A stretch of 64,000 bases of DNA from positions 1 to 64,000 of IMG/VR virus record IMGVR_UViG_3300026484_000087; one strand, 5' to 3'. Both the position numbers and the translations under genes were made by a program. The notes beneath the pieces are model-generated. The model worked only from the letters and a program-made list of their open reading frames with translations. It had not been told where the DNA came from and ran no database searches. Positions 60,703-64,000 of this stretch are shown one piece after another (within the stretch, counting starts at the first letter, position 1; the number at the start of each line of letters is the position of its first letter).

Positions 60703-62199
60703 TTAAGTTACAATACTATCAGCATCTACTTCTATTTTTCTCATACTAGCTATAATATTAAGACTATCTATGTTAGTATCATTCTTATCATAAAGATAGT
60801 TAGTTATAGTTGCAATAGTTGGTTTAGGTAGATTTAATAAACCACTAACTTCATTAATGGAATTTCTACCAGGGATTGAATATGCAGGATCTAATGTATG
60901 TGCTTTATCACACATATTATTATCTGCCAATATAATACAGTTTAACTCATCGCCATCAAAGTCAGCATTCATAGCAGCAGTTATAAGAATAGACATACTA
61001 ATGGTATAATCCATCGGATCTGTCTTAAACTTATTAATAAAAACTCTTTGAGCACTACCCTGGTGCAAACTTGGATTTCTATGTAGAATTATAGCTATTT
61101 TACCTTTAGTATAACTATCTCTAAGTAACTCGTTTAAAGCTTTATCAACTATAGGATCATAATTGTTAACTGCGTATATAAGTAAGTTACTTGCTACCTT
61201 AAAGGTCATATCATATCTATTACAAAGAATATTAAGAAGATGCGGTCTAAATGCGGTAACGCCTATCGCCCATGGTACCTCTACTTCATCATACTTATGT
61301 GGTCCAGGAATTGATGTAATTACGGCTCTAAAGGTAAAGTGACCTCTACCACCATAGATATGTTTTCTAAAGATACCTGGTTTACTAGATAGGTAAACCT
61401 TGTTGTAATACTGATATATTCCAGATAAGTCACTAATGGTTCTGGCCATAGCATTTGATTTCTTATTAGGTGTTTGTTTTGGATCATTAACCATCTTAAC
61501 AAATTGAAGAACTGTATCTATTACATCAGCTATACCTAAATTTGTATAGTTACCTTTACTAGTATTTTCGATAATGAACAGTTTCTTGTTAACTATAGGA
61601 AGCCAGTAGCTATATATTAAATCTTTACTATTCCTATATAGATTTAAAAGACCTTCAATTATCTCTTTCTTTCTAGGTGTTTTAAATGTAGAGTAATTCT
61701 GAAGAAAGATAAGAATGTTCTCTATATTGTCAACTAAGAAAGGATAACTTCTCTCAAAGTTTGGAAGAGTATTCTTAATAGCTATTAAGAAATCTGGTAT
61801 CTCGGTACCAGGATTATAACTAGTATCGGATAACCAACGCATACAATCTATCTTTTTACCCATAACTGTACGCAACATTAGCCAAAAGTGGGGACTCATG
61901 AACTTGGGCATATCGTCGATAGCATGTAACCATAATAATGGATCTGTTTTATCCTGAAATTCTCTTACAGTAGTAGAACATTTAGGACAAATTTTACCAC
62001 TAAGATAACCGCCTTTCATATGTCCACAATCACATGCTGGGACCATTGAAATAGTGTTATCATCATATACTGTTAAAAGTGCATTTGTTATTCTCTCTCT
62101 ATCTTCTATAGAATAGTATTTAACATCATTAAGTACTATTTTATCACCTGTTGTTTCTTTATAATAAGTGTCAAGATTTTTTAATCTTTGAAATATCAT
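60703..62199 (-). CDS. nvRNAP beta' N-terminal catalytic subunit (phiKZ gp55-like)
   Basis: CDC...CPKC zinc finger, KPGIFRKHIYGGR, RAVITS, RNPSL, NADFDGD catalytic motif. Confidence 0.93.
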   Translation of the reverse strand: MIFQRLKNLDTYYKETTGDKIVLNDVKYYSIEDRERITNALLTVYDDNTISMVPACDCGHMKGGYLSGKICPKCSTTVREFQDKTDPLLWLHAIDDMPKFMSPHFWLMLRTVMGKKIDCMRWLSDTSYNPGTEIPDFLIAIKNTLPNFERSYPFLVDNIENILIFLQNYSTFKTPRKKEIIEGLLNLYRNSKDLIYSYWLPIVNKKLFIIENTSKGNYTNLGIADVIDTVLQFVKMVNDPKQTPNKKSNAMARTISDLSGIYQYYNKVYLSSKPGIFRKHIYGGRGHFTFRAVITSIPGPHKYDEVEVPWAIGVTAFRPHLLNILCNRYDMTFKVASNLLIYAVNNYDPIVDKALNELLRDSYTKGKIAIILHRNPSLHQGSAQRVFINKFKTDPMDYTISMSILITAAMNADFDGDELNCIILADNNMCDKAHTLDPAYSIPGRNSINEVSGLLNLPKPTIATITNYLYDKNDTNIDSLNIIASMRKIEVDADSIVT

Positions 62200-62223
62200 C
62201 TTATTCTCCTTGGGTTATTTATT

Positions 62224-62255
62224 GATACTGCCTAGTACCTACTTTAATAATATAT
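62224..62255 (-). promoter_or_regulatory. Conserved early-promoter/5'-hairpin element, copy 7
   Basis: Identical to copies 1 and 2. Confidence 0.75.
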
Positions 62256-62268
62256 GGTTATGATATAT

Positions 62269-62661
62269 TTACTTAATATTTAATCTACCTGCTTCCATTA
62301 CTGGGATGTTCGCTTCAGTAGGCACATATATAATCTTTTCAATATTACCATTATTTAATGCTTCTCCAAATGCACCTAAGAACTCTTGATATCTGTACTC
62401 TGGATATTTCTTTGCAGCCTCACCAACTATTTTAATTGCTTGTGCTCTAAGCTTTGATGCCTCTAGTTCACCCCTAGCCTGTTCAATTTGTATTTGTCTA
62501 GATTGAGTAGCCTCTGCTAACTTGGCTCTACCTGACATCTCCATAGACCAAACCTTATATTTAGGTATTATAAACATTAATGTCGCAATACAAACCATTA
62601 TTAAAATACCATATGCAATTAGATCAACCCTTACCATAAACTCTTTTTCATTATTATTCAT
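62269..62661 (-). CDS. Small membrane protein resembling the SPFH/band-7 C-terminal region
   Basis: N-terminal TM, GRAKLAEA coiled coil, IIYVPTEANIPVMEAGR; start ATG 62661. Confidence 0.7.
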   Translation of the reverse strand: MNNNEKEFMVRVDLIAYGILIMVCIATLMFIIPKYKVWSMEMSGRAKLAEATQSRQIQIEQARGELEASKLRAQAIKIVGEAAKKYPEYRYQEFLGAFGEALNNGNIEKIIYVPTEANIPVMEAGRLNIK

Positions 62662-62698
62662 CTTCTTTTTTCCTTTATAAATTAAACTAAAAAATAAA

Positions 62699-62729
62699 GA
62701 CAAGCTTGGTAATAAATACCAAACTTATC
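62699..62729 (-). terminator. Intrinsic terminator after chimallin
   Basis: 13-bp stem with two G.U pairs on the - strand, followed by UUUAUUUUU. Confidence 0.7.
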
Positions 62730-62737
62730 TTAAACTA

Positions 62738-64000
62738 TTATTGAAATCTGTTAAAACCTGCAGTAGCATATGGTGTTTGGTAAGAATTACCACCAGCAAA
62801 TGATCTTGCAAAGTCAGCAGATTGTTGACCAATACCTGCACCAGATAAGTAATTACCAATAGCAGCAATAGAACTTTGTTCTGTAAACTGTACTTCTGGA
62901 TCATATCTAGTCTCGAAACCAGCTGAAGCACATGCACTAGATAACGTTTGGATAAATTTACTAGAGAATGTAACTCTTGTAGCTTTACCAGAAATCTCTG
63001 CATTTGGAATAAGCTTGCTGATGATATCAACTTTAGTAATGAATGGATCAATACCAGAAACAGATTGTGGAACATTTGAAAGAGTCCATTTGTTAATGTT
63101 TTCACTAACTTGGTTTGGAGCACTTAATGTAGCAATTGCACTTAAGTCTAGATCTCTAATATCTCTAGATGCACCATCTTTATCTGTCCATGTACCTGTT
63201 GGAATATTAACACCATCATTAAGGAAGATCTCATTAGCTGGGAAATTATGTGGGAATGCCCCATTTGTTAACCATACAGCTGTAGATAAAATCTCTTGAG
63301 CTGCAGCATATTTCTTATCACCAACATCACTGTTAGCTGGAGCAGCAGCAACACCAAAGATTGAAGCAAAGTTACTATATGTACCATAAGCATCGATATC
63401 AATACTGAACATAGCATCTAGCGAATACATTTGTTTAATAAGACTGAATAACTCTTGAGAGTTTAGTTTAGAATCTCTTAAATCTAATGGTTCACCAAAT
63501 CCACTGCTATTATTTTCTAAGTTAGTAGAAATATTCAACTTACCAATATCGTGTAGTTGATCATTTGGTTTTGGAGCAACTGCAGCAAGCCACATATTTG
63601 GTCTAACCATAACAACTGATGAGATGATTGCCAATAAAGCATAACCTGTTGTAGGCATATCTGTATCCATAGATGTTAGAATAACATGTGGTCTAAGTCT
63701 GATCATAGATGTAGAGGCTGCTCCAGGTAATGCTTGAACAGTAAACTCTTCTTGCATAGCATCTACAAAACCTGTAGTTTTACAAACTCTTGTTCTATTG
63801 TTTTGTAGGTTAAGAGACTGAGCAACATTTCTGTTATCAATACTATTTAACTCAATTTGCCAATCAGCTCTAATTGGTTTACCTGCAGCATCCATAATTG
63901 TTGTTGGTAATAAGTTACTATCAATTTTAAGATATGCACCTGGAGCTTCTTTAATAGCTTCACTGATATTTAAATCTCTAAACTCTTTGTTAATTTTACC
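62738..64000 (-). CDS. chmA: Probable chimallin (phage nuclear shell protein), 5'-truncated by the window edge
   Basis: Frame open to 64000; sits upstream of the gp55-like gene as phiKZ gp54 does; D..GKPIRAD and VTFSSKFI..L..A...AG patterns; flexible C-terminal tail; own terminator. Confidence 0.72.
   Translation of the reverse strand, partial: GKINKEFRDLNISEAIKEAPGAYLKIDSNLLPTTIMDAAGKPIRADWQIELNSIDNRNVAQSLNLQNNRTRVCKTTGFVDAMQEEFTVQALPGAASTSMIRLRPHVILTSMDTDMPTTGYALLAIISSVVMVRPNMWLAAVAPKPNDQLHDIGKLNISTNLENNSSGFGEPLDLRDSKLNSQELFSLIKQMYSLDAMFSIDIDAYGTYSNFASIFGVAAAPANSDVGDKKYAAAQEILSTAVWLTNGAFPHNFPANEIFLNDGVNIPTGTWTDKDGASRDIRDLDLSAIATLSAPNQVSENINKWTLSNVPQSVSGIDPFITKVDIISKLIPNAEISGKATRVTFSSKFIQTLSSACASAGFETRYDPEVQFTEQSSIAAIGNYLSGAGIGQQSADFARSFAGGNSYQTPYATAGFNRFQ

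Noticed and set aside
60703-62199. Intron or intein in the gp55-like, gp74-like, gp80-like, helicase or polymerase genes
   Set aside because: The ORFs are continuous, of expected size, and lack intein terminal motifs
7731-62255. Repeated 32-bp element as a CRISPR repeat or insertion-sequence end
   Set aside because: Copies are dispersed, single and always oriented just upstream of genes; no spacers, cas genes or transposase
623-63299. Many opposite-strand or alternate-frame ORFs in the track (e.g. 623-898, 14952-15317, 36297-36782, 57387-57920, 62725-63123)
   Set aside because: They lie within longer, motif-bearing genes, lack an RBS, and have the composition of shadow ORFs
1-64000. Stop-codon reassignment (alternative genetic code)
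   Set aside because: The standard code gives dense, full-length genes; TAA, TAG and TGA all end genes at sensible boundaries
1-64000. tRNA or rRNA genes
   Set aside because: No cloverleaf or T-loop signature seen by eye; the main GC-rich non-coding island is the intron. A tRNAscan run would confirm.

Overview
AT-rich, gene-dense 64-kb segment from the conserved core of a phiKZ-related, probably nucleus-forming jumbo phage (Chimalliviridae-like). Most genes are on the - strand. It holds the 3' two-thirds of a probable chimallin (chmA) gene, four non-virion RNAP subunits (phiKZ gp55-, gp68-, gp71/73- and gp74-like) and one virion RNAP beta' fragment (gp80-like). It also has a probable nuclear-import factor (gp69/PicA-like), half of a split family-B DNA polymerase, an SF2 helicase, SbcD, ThyX, dCMP deaminase, head/inner-body and baseplate genes, and a membrane-anchored lytic transglycosylase. 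Signals the ORF track misses: (1) a 685-nt group I intron (10832-11516) splits the nvRNAP beta gene and carries a decayed homing-endonuclease remnant; (2) a likely programmed -1 frameshift at T TTT TTC (59067-59073) would fuse the gp77-like and gp76-like tail/baseplate chaperone ORFs; (3) a 7-copy promoter plus 5'-hairpin element lies ahead of every nvRNAP subunit transcription unit, with stem changes that keep pairing only as RNA (G.U); (4) a second, fixed-spacing promoter-like motif; (5) unannotated small ORFs, including a very acidic 55-aa DNA-mimic candidate. ThyX features and the AAGGA-type ribosome binding sites hint at a Campylobacterota host (inference). phiKZ gp numbers come from recalled motifs and gene order, not from a database search.
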